A stretch of DNA of 64,000 nt, taken from contig CAZILC010000006.1 of the NCBI GenBank assembly GCA_964540055.1, positions 8,228 to 72,227 of the forward strand. The letters are read 5' to 3'. Position 1 is the stretch's first letter, and the number at the start of each line of letters is the position of its first letter. The notes beneath the pieces are model-generated. The model had not been told where the DNA came from. It worked only from the letters and a program-made list of their open reading frames with translations, and made no database searches. The translations under genes were made by a program, and so were the position numbers. This document shows, in pieces, positions 27,376 to 37,079 of this stretch. Source of the DNA: an uncultured Gammaproteobacteria bacterium (GTDB taxonomy: Bacteria > Patescibacteriota > Microgenomatia > Levybacterales > UBA12049).

Positions 27376-27975
27376 TTATTTCCCTCTTTGTTTATCCGAA
27401 ATTAAAGAAAGAAAGTATTCATGCAGGCGCGTATCATGCGTAAGTTCCGGATGGAAAGATGTTGCGAGCATATTGTTTTGTTGTGCGGCAACAATAGTAC
27501 CATCAGTTAGTTGTGATAAAACTGTGACTTTTGGACCAGCTTCGATTATTTTCGGCGCCCGGATAAACGTAGCATGTAAAGGCTTATCATCAAGAACTGA
27601 TATAGAAAGTGGCGTTGCAAAACTGTCAATTTGTCGTCCAAAAGCATTGCGGTCAACGACAATATCCATAAGGTTAAGAGGCGCTGGCCTTAGTTGGGCC
27701 AATTTTCTGGCCAGTAGAATCATCCCGGCACAGGTTCCCCAGACTGGCATACCACTCTTAATCCTCTGTCTTAATGGCTCCCGTAAATTAAAAACCTCAA
27801 GTAGTTGTGCTATTGTGGTACTTTCACCACCCGGAAAAATTATTCCATCAATTGATTCTAAATCCCGGGGGAGTCGTACTTCTTTTGTAGCTATCCCCAA
27901 CTTTTTAAGCGTTGTTATGTGTTCTAAAAAATCTCCCTGAAGCGCGAGTACTCCGATTGTTGTAATGTTTACCAT
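27376..27975 (-). CDS. pdxT: Pyridoxal 5'-phosphate synthase glutaminase subunit
   Basis: [12 protein letters not shown], the catalytic GTCAGMILL, and the C-terminal FHPELT region. Confidence 0.9.
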   Translation of the reverse strand: MVNITTIGVLALQGDFLEHITTLKKLGIATKEVRLPRDLESIDGIIFPGGESTTIAQLLEVFNLREPLRQRIKSGMPVWGTCAGMILLARKLAQLRPAPLNLMDIVVDRNAFGRQIDSFATPLSISVLDDKPLHATFIRAPKIIEAGPKVTVLSQLTDGTIVAAQQNNMLATSFHPELTHDTRLHEYFLSLISDKQRGK

Positions 27976-28877
27976 CCTCTTTTTGCGAGCAATTGTTCTT
28001 CCGGCAAGGTGCGGACATCAATACTCTGCATTGCTTCGCCCAAGCCTTTTGAAACTTTGGCGATGATTTCAGGATTTTGATATTGGGTCGTCGCAACGAC
28101 AATTGCCTTTGCTCGCTTGAGTGGATCACTTGATTTAAAAATACCTGATCCGACGAAAACCCCATCTGAACCGAGCTGCATCATGAGAGCCGCATCAGCT
28201 GGCGTTGCGATGCCACCTGCAGCAAAATTAACAACGGGAAGTCTTCCTAATTTTGCAACCTCTTCAACTAGGTCAAACGGAACTCTATATTCTAATGCTT
28301 TTGCCTCTCGTTGTTTCTTACTCAAATTCTTAAGAGCTACTATTTCACCAGTTACTGTCTTTTGATGCCTAACTGCTTCAACAATATTTCCTGTTCCAGC
28401 CTCACCTTTCGTTCTGATCATCGAAGCGCCCTCATTGATTCTTCGAAGTGCTTCCCCTAAATTGCGACATCCGCAGACAAACGGGACGTTAAAATTATGC
28501 TTATCTACATGCGCTTCTTCATCAGCAGGAGTGAGAACTTCCGACTCATCAATATAATCAACACCCAATGCTTCAAGAACTTGCGCCTCGACAAAATGAC
28601 CAATTCTGCATTTTGCCATAACAGGAATTGAAACCGCATCCATAATTTTTTGGATCATTTCAGGATCAGACATTCTGGCAACTCCTCCTGCCACTCTTAT
28701 ATCTGAAGGCACTCGCTCCAATGCCATCACTGCGCATGCTCCAGCATCTTCAGCGATCTTTGCATGCTCAACATTAACAACATCCATAATGACGCCGCCT
28801 TTAAGCATTTGTGCGAGACCTTTTTTGACTTCAAAAGTCGCAGTACTCTTCACTGTTGTGCTTTTTCCGTTTTTCAC
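27969..28877 (-). CDS. pdxS: Pyridoxal 5'-phosphate synthase lyase subunit (GTG start)
   Basis: [33 protein letters not shown] and [10 protein letters not shown] motifs. Overlaps pdxT by 7 nt. Confidence 0.95.
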   Translation of the reverse strand: MKNGKSTTVKSTATFEVKKGLAQMLKGGVIMDVVNVEHAKIAEDAGACAVMALERVPSDIRVAGGVARMSDPEMIQKIMDAVSIPVMAKCRIGHFVEAQVLEALGVDYIDESEVLTPADEEAHVDKHNFNVPFVCGCRNLGEALRRINEGASMIRTKGEAGTGNIVEAVRHQKTVTGEIVALKNLSKKQREAKALEYRVPFDLVEEVAKLGRLPVVNFAAGGIATPADAALMMQLGSDGVFVGSGIFKSSDPLKRAKAIVVATTQYQNPEIIAKVSKGLGEAMQSIDVRTLPEEQLLAKRGW

Positions 28878-28922
28878 AGTTTAGTTTATACCTTACTTTG
28901 GGTATAAAAACAACCCCGGGTT

Positions 28923-28941
28923 TGTTAAGATAGAAGATATG
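28923..28941 (+). promoter_or_regulatory. Extended -10 promoter with leaderless ATG (femAB-like)
   Basis: TGTTAAGAT-agaagat-ATG. Confidence 0.45.
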
Positions 28942-29982
28942 CAAATAGTACCAATACAAACTGAAGATAAAGATATCTATAACAACCTCGTCACTCACCC
29001 GCTGCAGGCGTTTGAATGGGGACAATTCCGTGAGGAGGAAGGAGTAAAAGTTATCCGACGGGGTTTTGTTAATGGCGACAAACTTGTTTCTGGCTTTCAA
29101 TTAACTATCCATAAAGTGCCCAGAACAAATTTCACCATAGGATATCTCCCGAAAGGGGAGATGCCGACTAAAGAATTACTTGACGAACTAAAAAAAATCG
29201 GCAAAGAAGAAAACTGCATTTTTATTCAATTGGAACCAAATGTAACAACAAAAGAAATGGAAAACGGAAAACGGAAGATGGAAAGTTTCGGACTACGTCC
29301 TGCAGCTCACCCATTATTCACCAAATTTACTTTTGTCTTAGATCTTACTAAAACTGAAGAAGAACTTCTTGCATCAATGCATCCAAAAGCCAGATACAAT
29401 ATCAAAGTTGCCAAGAAACATAATGTGGAAGTGAAAGAAGATGATTCAGATAATGCTTTTAAAGAATACTGGAGACTCACCGAAGAAACAACCAAACGCC
29501 AAGGATTTTACGCGCATACGAAACATTACCATGAATTACAATGGCAGACAATTCCTCACGCGCTAACTACCAACTCCCAGCTACCAACTACAAATAATCT
29601 GACATCCCATTTATTTACTGGAAAATATGAAAATAAAACCTTAACTACCCTGCTCTTTTTTGTCTTTCACGACACACTATATTATCCTTATGGAGCATCA
29701 AGCAATGAACATAGAAATGTCATGCACTCCAATCTCACGATGTGGGAAGGAATATTATTTGGTAAAAAACTCGGGCTGAAAAAATTCGATATGTGGGGAG
29801 CACTCGGCCATGAACCCGATCCCAAAGATCCCTGGTATGGCTTCCACGATTTCAAAAGAAAATTCGGCCCCGAACATGTGGAATTCATCGGGAGTTATGA
29901 TTTAGTAATTAATCAAGCGATGTATCAAGCATACAAAGTTGCGGATAAACTCAGATGGCTTTATTTGAGAATGAAAAAATAA
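28939..29982 (+). CDS. FemAB-family peptidyltransferase (peptidoglycan interpeptide-bridge formation)
   Basis: Size and motifs (FEWGQFRE, MHPKARYNIKVAKKHNVEV, KRKFGP) are typical of FemX/FemAB-family enzymes. Confidence 0.75.
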   Translation: MQIVPIQTEDKDIYNNLVTHPLQAFEWGQFREEEGVKVIRRGFVNGDKLVSGFQLTIHKVPRTNFTIGYLPKGEMPTKELLDELKKIGKEENCIFIQLEPNVTTKEMENGKRKMESFGLRPAAHPLFTKFTFVLDLTKTEEELLASMHPKARYNIKVAKKHNVEVKEDDSDNAFKEYWRLTEETTKRQGFYAHTKHYHELQWQTIPHALTTNSQLPTTNNLTSHLFTGKYENKTLTTLLFFVFHDTLYYPYGASSNEHRNVMHSNLTMWEGILFGKKLGLKKFDMWGALGHEPDPKDPWYGFHDFKRKFGPEHVEFIGSYDLVINQAMYQAYKVADKLRWLYLRMKK

Positions 29983-29983
29983 A

Positions 29984-30934
29984 TTAGGCAGCTAATCGGG
30001 CAAGTGGCGTAGAACCTAACTCGGCAAACGCTTGTACAACATCTTTTGCCTCTTCAGGATGACCATATCTTACTGTCCCTTCTATTTCTTTTCTTTTATT
30101 TCTTTTCCCTACTAAGACAGAATCCTTTACCAAAATATGGGCATTGTCAAAAGGAACATCAACAGGTGTTCCAATAATCGAATGTTCAACTATGCCGCCA
30201 AGAACACTTGGAAAAACATCTACTGTCCCGTAAATTACACTATTAATCACGTCAACTCCTGCGGTTTCCTGTGATTGAATCGCGGGGATAATCCAACGAT
30301 CAACAACTCTCGCTGTCTCTGCCATTTTTCCAAACCCTTCATATTCATCATTAGCTCTTGCTCTACCAAATGACGAATACGACATATCCTTATCAAGAAG
30401 CTTATCAATCTCTCGTAAACTTCTCCTCACCATTCCACTATTTGTATTTCTTATACCGTCCGCCATCGCAATAAGTGATTCAAAATGAGACGCAGTAAAT
30501 TCAGGAGGATTAGCGCCTCTTACAGCTCTTCCCAGTACAAATGCTCCAACAAGTAACTCGTCTGAAACCTGAGGATTCCTCGCTGATCTGAGAATATTAG
30601 AAGATGCAAAAATTACTCCACCTGATAAACTAGCATCAACTGACTCTGCAAGAACAGATCTTCCTTTTATGGACTTCCCACTCGATGAATAACCTTGTAA
30701 AGGACCTGCCAGAAGAGTTTCTGAATCAAGTTCTCCCCAAAGTGGAAGTAAGTCTCTTCTCATAACAGTGCCTTTTCTCCCTTGCCTCCGCCTTGCCATT
30801 GTAGCAGAGCTGAATTCGTGTTCTTTCCAATGCGGTTGATCAATGACGATCAGCCTCTTCAATGCAGGTTCAATAACTCCTGTATGAACCATCACATCTA
30901 AAGGTACTCTTGCTCTTGCGTCTACTTTTGCCAT
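29984..30934 (-). CDS. Hypothetical protein (316 aa), no recognised domain
   Basis: Long uninterrupted ORF, soluble and Arg/Ser/Gly-rich. Own promoter-like TAGTATAAT lies 11 nt upstream of the ATG. Confidence 0.5.
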   Translation of the reverse strand: MAKVDARARVPLDVMVHTGVIEPALKRLIVIDQPHWKEHEFSSATMARRRQGRKGTVMRRDLLPLWGELDSETLLAGPLQGYSSSGKSIKGRSVLAESVDASLSGGVIFASSNILRSARNPQVSDELLVGAFVLGRAVRGANPPEFTASHFESLIAMADGIRNTNSGMVRRSLREIDKLLDKDMSYSSFGRARANDEYEGFGKMAETARVVDRWIIPAIQSQETAGVDVINSVIYGTVDVFPSVLGGIVEHSIIGTPVDVPFDNAHILVKDSVLVGKRNKRKEIEGTVRYGHPEEAKDVVQAFAELGSTPLARLAA

Positions 30935-30990
30935 AATAAGAGGAAATTATACTATAAATAAAAACAAATACAACCTATAAGAATAGCTAG

Positions 30991-31572
30991 TCAATATTTA
31001 CTTCGTGGCTCATGCTTCTGATGGGGGATTTCGTAGCAATACAACTCCGCTTTATCATCCTTCGCAATAAGTGGCAGATCCATTTGGTAAACAAAGGTTA
31101 CAATTCTTGTTCCCGGTTTGAGTTCTTTGAGAAATCTCGGACGGAGCTTCACAAGTGTCTTGGGAATCAGATACATAAAAATAACTGACGCTTTGGAAAT
31201 GTCCTGATTCCAGAAATTATCTCTTCTGATTTCAACCTGTTTCGAAACTCCCGACAATTTTACATTGATTTTCGAAATCCACGCACGAAACGGATCTATT
31301 TCAATCCCCACTCCCGTTGCCCCGTATTCCTTGGCTGCAATGATGAGTGCAGTCCCTTCACCAGAACCCAAATCATAGATCACATCACCTTTTTTTACTT
31401 TCGCCAGATTGCATTCAATCCGCGCACGTTCAGGAGTAGTCCGCCACCAGGGAGACCAGGGACTATCTGGTGGCCAGAGCATCGAGAGAAGAAAAAGCAA
31501 AATAACAAGGACAACAAAAGAAAGAACTATGACAGCCATACTTTCCCTATTATAGCGCTTTTTTCGACCCAA
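30991..31572 (-). CDS. Membrane-anchored class I SAM-dependent methyltransferase
   Basis: N-terminal TM segment (VIVLSFVVLVILLFLLSMLW) and SAM motif I VIYDLGSGEGTALIIAA. Overlaps the sodX-like gene by 46 nt. Confidence 0.65.
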   Translation of the reverse strand: MGRKKRYNRESMAVIVLSFVVLVILLFLLSMLWPPDSPWSPWWRTTPERARIECNLAKVKKGDVIYDLGSGEGTALIIAAKEYGATGVGIEIDPFRAWISKINVKLSGVSKQVEIRRDNFWNQDISKASVIFMYLIPKTLVKLRPRFLKELKPGTRIVTFVYQMDLPLIAKDDKAELYCYEIPHQKHEPRSKY

Positions 31573-31847
31573 CCAAAGACTCTACTATCAGTACTCGCAT
31601 TTTTGTTATCCCCCTGGACAAAATACCTTGTTCCACTTTTTTTCGTAATTCTTTTAATAAGCATTTTGCCATCTCTTGGATCAAGAAGAACAATAATGTC
31701 ATTTTTCTGTGGATGTCTTAACCAAAAACTCATGCGATTTACCAGAACAGTCTCGCCTGCTTTTATTGTTGGTTCCATACTTATTCCTTGAATGTTGCAT
31801 TTATAAATAGGGGAGAGGAAGAGAATTTTTTTTAAAACACTAAACAC
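31527..31847 (-). CDS. sodX: S26-family signal-peptidase-like protease, NiSOD maturation protease candidate (GTG start)
   Basis: GISMEPTIKAGE (catalytic Ser region), IKRI and GDNKNASTDSR S26 motifs. Lies immediately downstream of sodN with a 1-nt overlap. Confidence 0.7.
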   Translation of the reverse strand: MFSVLKKILFLSPIYKCNIQGISMEPTIKAGETVLVNRMSFWLRHPQKNDIIVLLDPRDGKMLIKRITKKSGTRYFVQGDNKNASTDSRVFGWVEKSAIIGKVWLS

Positions 31848-32260
31848 TATTTTGCAGCTTTAGTTTCTTTAAATATCTTATCTATTTCAGAAATAAGATC
31901 CAAAAGCTTTTGCCCGACTGATGGATCTACTGATTTTTTGGTATCTCCTGCTGCTTTGGTTGCACGCCAGAAGATATCGTGAAGATTGGGATATTTTTCA
32001 ACGTGTTCGGGTTTGAAATAGTCAGTCCACAAGACCCAAAGATGATGCTTTACGAGTTCTGCACGTTGCTCTTTGATAAAAACTGCCCGCCACTTTTGCT
32101 CGTCTTCATGTAGTCCCGCATATTTTTCCATAATCTTCATCACACTTTCAGCCTCAATTCTCGCTTGTGCGGGATCATAGACACCGCAAGGAAGATCACA
32201 ATGAGCGAAAGCTGTTTGTGTTGGAAGCATTTTGGACAAAAGTGTAAGAGCGGAGTTCAT
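31847..32260 (-). CDS. sodN: Nickel superoxide dismutase precursor
   Basis: The leader MNSALTLLSKMLPTQTAFA is followed by the Ni-hook HCDLPCGVYDP. Start set at ATG 32260, 7 nt after a TATTAT box, not at the track start 32416. Confidence 0.9.
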   Translation of the reverse strand: MNSALTLLSKMLPTQTAFAHCDLPCGVYDPAQARIEAESVMKIMEKYAGLHEDEQKWRAVFIKEQRAELVKHHLWVLWTDYFKPEHVEKYPNLHDIFWRATKAAGDTKKSVDPSVGQKLLDLISEIDKIFKETKAAK

Positions 32261-32323
32261 AACAAAAATAATAGCGCTTCTCTGAACAGATTGCAAGACA
32301 TAATTCAGTAAGAGCACAAAGTG

Positions 32324-32341
32324 TGTTACTATAAAAACATG
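32324..32341 (+). promoter_or_regulatory. Extended -10 promoter with leaderless ATG (membrane protein 32339)
   Basis: TGTTACTAT-aaaaac-ATG. Confidence 0.45.
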
Positions 32342-33046
32342 TTCAATCTCCTTACCAAAGAACGACTTCTGGCAGTTGCTTTTATTTTCATTGCTTTGAT
32401 TCTTTTGATAACACAAGGCAATCTTTCTTTTATCGTTTTATTACCAATTCTTGTGCTAATGTTAATCATTAGCTGGTATCTTTATAAAGAAATACAACGA
32501 GATAACGAAGAAAATCTTAAGCAGAGTATCAAATATATGCAGGAAGAAGCACAAGCACAAAAATGGCTGCACAGATCATTTGTTCCCAAAGCCCGAAGGC
32601 TCGCAAAAAAAGAGCTAGGAAGCATCATTCTCGCGAGTGGCATAACCCTTTTGACCTTCATATTTTTCTGGAGTTATTTTGTAAGCGGCCTTACTGCAGC
32701 ACTTCTTAATACCCTTTTTGGTTTATTTTTCTTTGTAGGATTTACATTATATACACTCTACGCGCCAAAAGAATTTACAAAAATTTTCAAACACGTCCCG
32801 ACCCGTTATCAGCATCACAGCAAAAATGATTGGGTGCATGCTTACCTGCTTTTGTTGCCTTTTGCCCTTGCGGGATATATTATTTATTCGCTTACCACAA
32901 CAGGGGAGGGAATAGGAAGAATTTTAATTGAAACGCTCGCCTTCTTTTTTTCGTATACATTTCTTTTTATCTGTATGTATTCTATATGGTTTTTATATAA
33001 GGAATATCAAAAAGAACAAGTTGGATTATTTAAAAAACTCCGATGA
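32339..33046 (+). CDS. Hypothetical polytopic membrane protein
   Basis: Start at ATG 32339, 6 nt after TGTTACTAT. About 6 hydrophobic segments; no recognised motif. Confidence 0.5.
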   Translation: MFNLLTKERLLAVAFIFIALILLITQGNLSFIVLLPILVLMLIISWYLYKEIQRDNEENLKQSIKYMQEEAQAQKWLHRSFVPKARRLAKKELGSIILASGITLLTFIFFWSYFVSGLTAALLNTLFGLFFFVGFTLYTLYAPKEFTKIFKHVPTRYQHHSKNDWVHAYLLLLPFALAGYIIYSLTTTGEGIGRILIETLAFFFSYTFLFICMYSIWFLYKEYQKEQVGLFKKLR

Positions 33047-33583
33047 GAACAATGATGGCGCTATAGCTTGCGCAGCATACATTTCATTCCAATACGTTGA
33101 AGGCACTTTTTCTAGAAGCTCTGCATTAATAAACCCACCCTGTTTAGAAACTTCTTTGAATTTTTCAAATGACACCGGATATGGGACCCATTGATTACCC
33201 TCATCGGTATTGTATTCAACAATCAATAATTTGCCGTTCGGTTTGAGTAAATCCCGAATTTTGGTCAGAAAAGCAGGTTGCTCTTTTACATAATGAAGAG
33301 AATTTGCCATGAGAATGCCATCTAATTCAGGCAAATTTATTTGATTGGTAAAATCTTTATGAATAAAACGGACATCAAAGCTCGAAAACATTTTATCAAA
33401 AGCATTTTCCTGGACCCGCAAACGGCTTTCGTCTTTATCAATTGAGAAAATTCTGGTTAGGGGTCCTGCAAGGTCACGAAGCGCGAGAGTAAAAGCGCCA
33501 TCACCGGAACCAAAATCCGCCCATGTGCCGCCCTTTTGAGTAATCGCCTTTTTAATCAGATGTACATGTTCATCGTGTGTCAT
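33026..33583 (-). CDS. Class I SAM-dependent methyltransferase
   Basis: WADFGSGDGAFTLAL (motif I) and LKPNGKLLIVEY (post-II/III region). Confidence 0.8.
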   Translation of the reverse strand: MTHDEHVHLIKKAITQKGGTWADFGSGDGAFTLALRDLAGPLTRIFSIDKDESRLRVQENAFDKMFSSFDVRFIHKDFTNQINLPELDGILMANSLHYVKEQPAFLTKIRDLLKPNGKLLIVEYNTDEGNQWVPYPVSFEKFKEVSKQGGFINAELLEKVPSTYWNEMYAAQAIAPSLFSSEFFK

Positions 33584-34197
33584 ACTTTTGCAGCCAAGCT
33601 ATTGGCCAAAGAATCTGCTCTCTCGTTATTGGGATCACCTGAATGCCCAAGGACTTTTTTATAATCCACCAGTAAATTATTCTCTTGTATCACCTTTTCG
33701 ATATCTTCAAAAATTTCACGATTTGCGATCACTTTACTTGCAGGCTTTTGAAGATTAAAAAGTGAAATCTGGCTATCCGTATACAACAATATGTTTCTAA
33801 AATTCTGCTCAGCCGCCCATTTAAGAGCATAATAAATAGCCAAACCTTCAGCTCTGTTATTTGTTTGTTTACCTTCCACGCGGCCTGCAGCTTCTGTTTT
33901 ACCAGAGACAAAGGCCCAAGCTGCTCTAGCCTTAGGTGTTCCATTATATACGCAAGCCCCATCTGTCCAAATCTCAGCATCATATCCCGTCAAACTTTTT
34001 GTTTGTGATCCTGAAAAGAGGGGAGAGGTTTGGGGATTCGTTACTTTAAACTTATCATCATGATACAACTTATTGCAATTGGAACAATAATAATATGCTG
34101 AATAATAAAATGGTTTTTGTAATTGCTGAGGAGTACGTTTAGTCTGTTTTTCAACCAACCTCTTACCGCAATTTTTACAAGTTCTCTGTTCTTCCAT
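33580..34197 (-). CDS. rnhA: Ribonuclease HI with N-terminal zinc-ribbon
   Basis: IWTDGAC...NNRAEGLAIYYAL...YTDSQ...GHSGDPNNERADSLA carries the RNase H DEDD residues. The N-terminus has CKNCGK...CSNCNK (two CxxC pairs). Confidence 0.85.
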   Translation of the reverse strand: MEEQRTCKNCGKRLVEKQTKRTPQQLQKPFYYSAYYYCSNCNKLYHDDKFKVTNPQTSPLFSGSQTKSLTGYDAEIWTDGACVYNGTPKARAAWAFVSGKTEAAGRVEGKQTNNRAEGLAIYYALKWAAEQNFRNILLYTDSQISLFNLQKPASKVIANREIFEDIEKVIQENNLLVDYKKVLGHSGDPNNERADSLANSLAAKV

Positions 34198-34360
34198 ACT
34201 TTTTATTATTATATCAGGAATCTACAAATAGAGGCTAAATAGTTTAATAAAAACACTATATCTATATATTAACTATATCAGGTACACTATCGGTCTTATG
34301 GAACTCTATGTGTCCAGCAATATCTAATGGTACAATGAAGTAAAGTACACAAACTAAAGC

Positions 34361-34792
34361 ATGATATTTATTAAAATTACGACAAAAATGTCACGAAAAC
34401 TCTTTTCATTTAGTGAGAAGGTATGGAAAACGGCAGATGTTCAATATTACGGAAAACAAATTGATTGGAAAAAAGAGATGCTCATCATTCAGGCATATAA
34501 TAAAGATGAGCTTGCCGGCGTTCTAGAACTTTATATGCAGGCCGGAGTGATGCACATACAGGATCTCGTTGTAGATTTTGCGCAGCAGAAACAAGGGATA
34601 GGAACAGCACTCATGAATAAGGCTGAAGAAATCGCAAAACAAAACAACATGCATAAAATATATCTAGAAACAGGAAAAACATGGGGAGTCAGAAAATTTT
34701 ATGAGAAACTCGGTTTTAGCCTGACAGGAGAATTACCCAAACATTATGCCAAACAAGATTACGTGGAGTACACCAAACTACTTAATTTATAA
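34361..34792 (+). CDS. GNAT-family N-acetyltransferase (start 34361 or 34388)
   Basis: QQKQGIGTALMNKAEEIA (acetyl-CoA motif A, Q/RxxGxG/A) and the C-terminal FYEKLGF. Confidence 0.8.
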   Translation: MIFIKITTKMSRKLFSFSEKVWKTADVQYYGKQIDWKKEMLIIQAYNKDELAGVLELYMQAGVMHIQDLVVDFAQQKQGIGTALMNKAEEIAKQNNMHKIYLETGKTWGVRKFYEKLGFSLTGELPKHYAKQDYVEYTKLLNL

Positions 34793-36928
34793 TTCTATTT
34801 TTCCATCTTTCACCTTAGGCTCGATGGTATCTCCAGGTTTGATTGTTCCTTCAATAATCCTCGTTGCGATTTCATCAACCAGCTTTTCCTCAATTGCCCG
34901 ACGTAGAGGGCGTGCACCAAAGACTGGATCGTAACCGACTTCTGCGAAATACATTGCAAGATCATCGCTTATTTTAAGGGATACACCATTTTCAGCCATC
35001 CGTTCTTTAACCTCATCAAGCTGCTGCTCGGCAATATGGAGAAGATCTTTGGGGGAGAGGGGATTGTAAATGACTACTGAATCTAAACGATTGAGAAATT
35101 CAGGTTTGAAATGTGCATGCAGCAACTCCCAAACACTTTTCTCAGCAGATTTTTTATCTTTGGCCTCACGAATCACATCTCCGCCAAGATTGCTCGTCAT
35201 GATAATAATAGTATTACGAAAATCAACCGTCATACCCTTGCTATCCGTGAGTCGTCCGTCATCAAATATTTGAAGAAAAATATTGAAAACCTGCGGATGA
35301 GCTTTCTCAATTTCATCAAAAAGAATTACCGAGTATGGACGACGCTTTACAGCCTCAGTAAGCTGTCCGCCTTCATCATAGCCGACATAGCCTGGAGGAG
35401 CACCAATCAATCGCGCAACGGAGTGAGACTCCATATACTCGCTCATATCAATCCTTGTCATGGCATGCTCATCAGTAAAAAGAATGCGGGCGAGTGCCTT
35501 GGCAGTTTCAGTTTTACCAACACCAGTCGAACCAAGAAAAAGAAATGACCCAATTGGCTTGTCTTTACGGCCCAATCCTGATCGAGAACGCCTGATGGCA
35601 CGAGAGACAACTGATGTAGCTTCATCCTGTCCAACGACATATTTTTTGAGTTCATCTTCTAGGTTTAGTAGTCGCTCAGATTCCGTTGAAAGGATTCTTG
35701 TTGCAGGGATACCTGTCCAGCGGGAGACAACCCGCGCAATATCATCTTCATCAACTTCTTCGCGCAGAACACGTTCCTCAGATGGAATTTTTTTCCATTG
35801 TGCATCAGCTTCCTGTAATTTCTTCTCAAGCTCAGGAATTTTGCCGTATTTAATCTCCGCAGCTTTCTGGAGATCAACAATTCGTTCAGCTTTATCCAAT
35901 TCAATACGATAAGCATCAATTTTGGCACGGATATCCTGAATTTTTTGAATCAGATCTTTTTGTGCTTTCCAACGATCTTCTATAACCGATGCTTCCTTTT
36001 TGAACTTTTCGAGTTGTTCTTCCTGTTGTAATTTGCGGGACTTAGCAATCTCTGTTTTATCACGCCGAAGTGCTGCTAATTCAATCTCTAATTGCATTAT
36101 GTGCCGCTTAAGTTCATCAAGTTCTGCCGGCATACTTTCAGTTTCAATTTTTATCGCAGCTGCTGCTTCATCAATTAGATCAATTGCTTTATCAGGCAAG
36201 AATCTTTGGGGGATATACTGAGCGGACAATTTAGCTGCAGCAATGAGTGCATTATCTGTAATTCGTATTCCATGATGTAATTCATATTTTTCCTTAATGC
36301 CGCGCAAGATTGAAATGCTATCTTCAATTGTTGGCTCATCAATAAGAACTTGTTGAAAACGACGGGCGAGTGCGGGATCTTTCTCAATATATTTACGATA
36401 TTCGGTAACAGTTGTTGCGCCGATCATACGGAGTGTGCCGCGTGCAAGGGCCGGTTTGAGGATATTGGCGGCATCATTTGAGCCTTCTGCAGCTCCCCCA
36501 CCTACTAAAGTGTGAAGCTCATCGATAAACATAATATATTTACTATCGGCTTCTTCTACAGCTTTAATCACGCCCTTAAGACGTTCTTCAAATTCACCCC
36601 GGAATTTTGCACCAGCTAGTAATAATGCAAAATCCAATACGACAACTTCTTTATCTTTAAGTGGTGTTGGAACCGCATTTTCAACTATTTTTTGGGCCAA
36701 ACCTTCAACAATTGCTGTCTTACCAACGCCAGGATCGCCAATGAGGACGGGATTATTTTTCGTCCGACGCGATAATATCTCCATTACCCGACGAATTTCC
36801 ACTTCGCGACCAATGACAGGATCGATCTTACCGGAGCGTGCAGAATCGGTTAAATTAATGGTAAATTTCTTTAATGCAACGAGTGGCTCAACCGGTTTGA
36901 GAAAGTCTGGGACTTGATTACTATCCAT
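34787..36928 (-). CDS. clpB: ClpB-type AAA+ disaggregase lacking the N-terminal Clp_N domain
   Basis: Two AAA modules ([15 protein letters not shown]; [15 protein letters not shown]), a long coiled-coil M-domain between them, and the signature [25 protein letters not shown]. At 713 aa it starts only about 30 aa before NBD1. Confidence 0.9.
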   Translation of the reverse strand: MDSNQVPDFLKPVEPLVALKKFTINLTDSARSGKIDPVIGREVEIRRVMEILSRRTKNNPVLIGDPGVGKTAIVEGLAQKIVENAVPTPLKDKEVVVLDFALLLAGAKFRGEFEERLKGVIKAVEEADSKYIMFIDELHTLVGGGAAEGSNDAANILKPALARGTLRMIGATTVTEYRKYIEKDPALARRFQQVLIDEPTIEDSISILRGIKEKYELHHGIRITDNALIAAAKLSAQYIPQRFLPDKAIDLIDEAAAAIKIETESMPAELDELKRHIMQLEIELAALRRDKTEIAKSRKLQQEEQLEKFKKEASVIEDRWKAQKDLIQKIQDIRAKIDAYRIELDKAERIVDLQKAAEIKYGKIPELEKKLQEADAQWKKIPSEERVLREEVDEDDIARVVSRWTGIPATRILSTESERLLNLEDELKKYVVGQDEATSVVSRAIRRSRSGLGRKDKPIGSFLFLGSTGVGKTETAKALARILFTDEHAMTRIDMSEYMESHSVARLIGAPPGYVGYDEGGQLTEAVKRRPYSVILFDEIEKAHPQVFNIFLQIFDDGRLTDSKGMTVDFRNTIIIMTSNLGGDVIREAKDKKSAEKSVWELLHAHFKPEFLNRLDSVVIYNPLSPKDLLHIAEQQLDEVKERMAENGVSLKISDDLAMYFAEVGYDPVFGARPLRRAIEEKLVDEIATRIIEGTIKPGDTIEPKVKDGKIEL

Positions 36929-36972
36929 ACTACCCTATTTTAGAATTAGCAAACTAAGTTGTCAAGTGCTAA
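36926..36972 (-). promoter_or_regulatory. clpB promoter (TTGACA-N17-TAAAAT-N8-ATG) overlapped by a CIRCE-like inverted repeat
   Basis: Minus strand reads TTAGCACTTGACAACTTAGTTTGCTAATTCTAAAATAGGGTAGTATG. The inverted repeat TTAGCACTT-N9-GTTTGCTAA compares with the CIRCE consensus TTAGCACTC-N9-GAGTGCTAA. Confidence 0.5.
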
Positions 36973-37079
36973 AGTTAAAGGATAAATAATCCTCCCTATC
37001 GGACAGGTGCGGTAAATACGGTAAAAAATGAACTCAATACTCCTAAGATGTGTTTTTCGATAAATGCTAACATGATTTT

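Noticed and set aside
27473-27940. 155-aa plus-strand ORF inside pdxT
   Set aside because: It is antisense to an unambiguous pdxT gene and has no independent support.
32261-32416. 52-codon N-terminal extension of the sodN ORF (track start 32416)
   Set aside because: NiSOD needs a short cleavable leader directly before the HCDLPCG Ni-hook. ATG 32260 gives a 19-aa leader and lies 7 nt after a TATTAT box that falls inside the extension. The extension also overlaps the divergent 32339 gene promoter.
35460-35912. 150-aa plus-strand ORF (and the neighbouring 145-aa, 87-aa and 73-aa ORFs) inside clpB
   Set aside because: These are shadow ORFs antisense to a strongly supported AAA+ gene. Their translations are low-complexity (S/R-rich) with no motifs.
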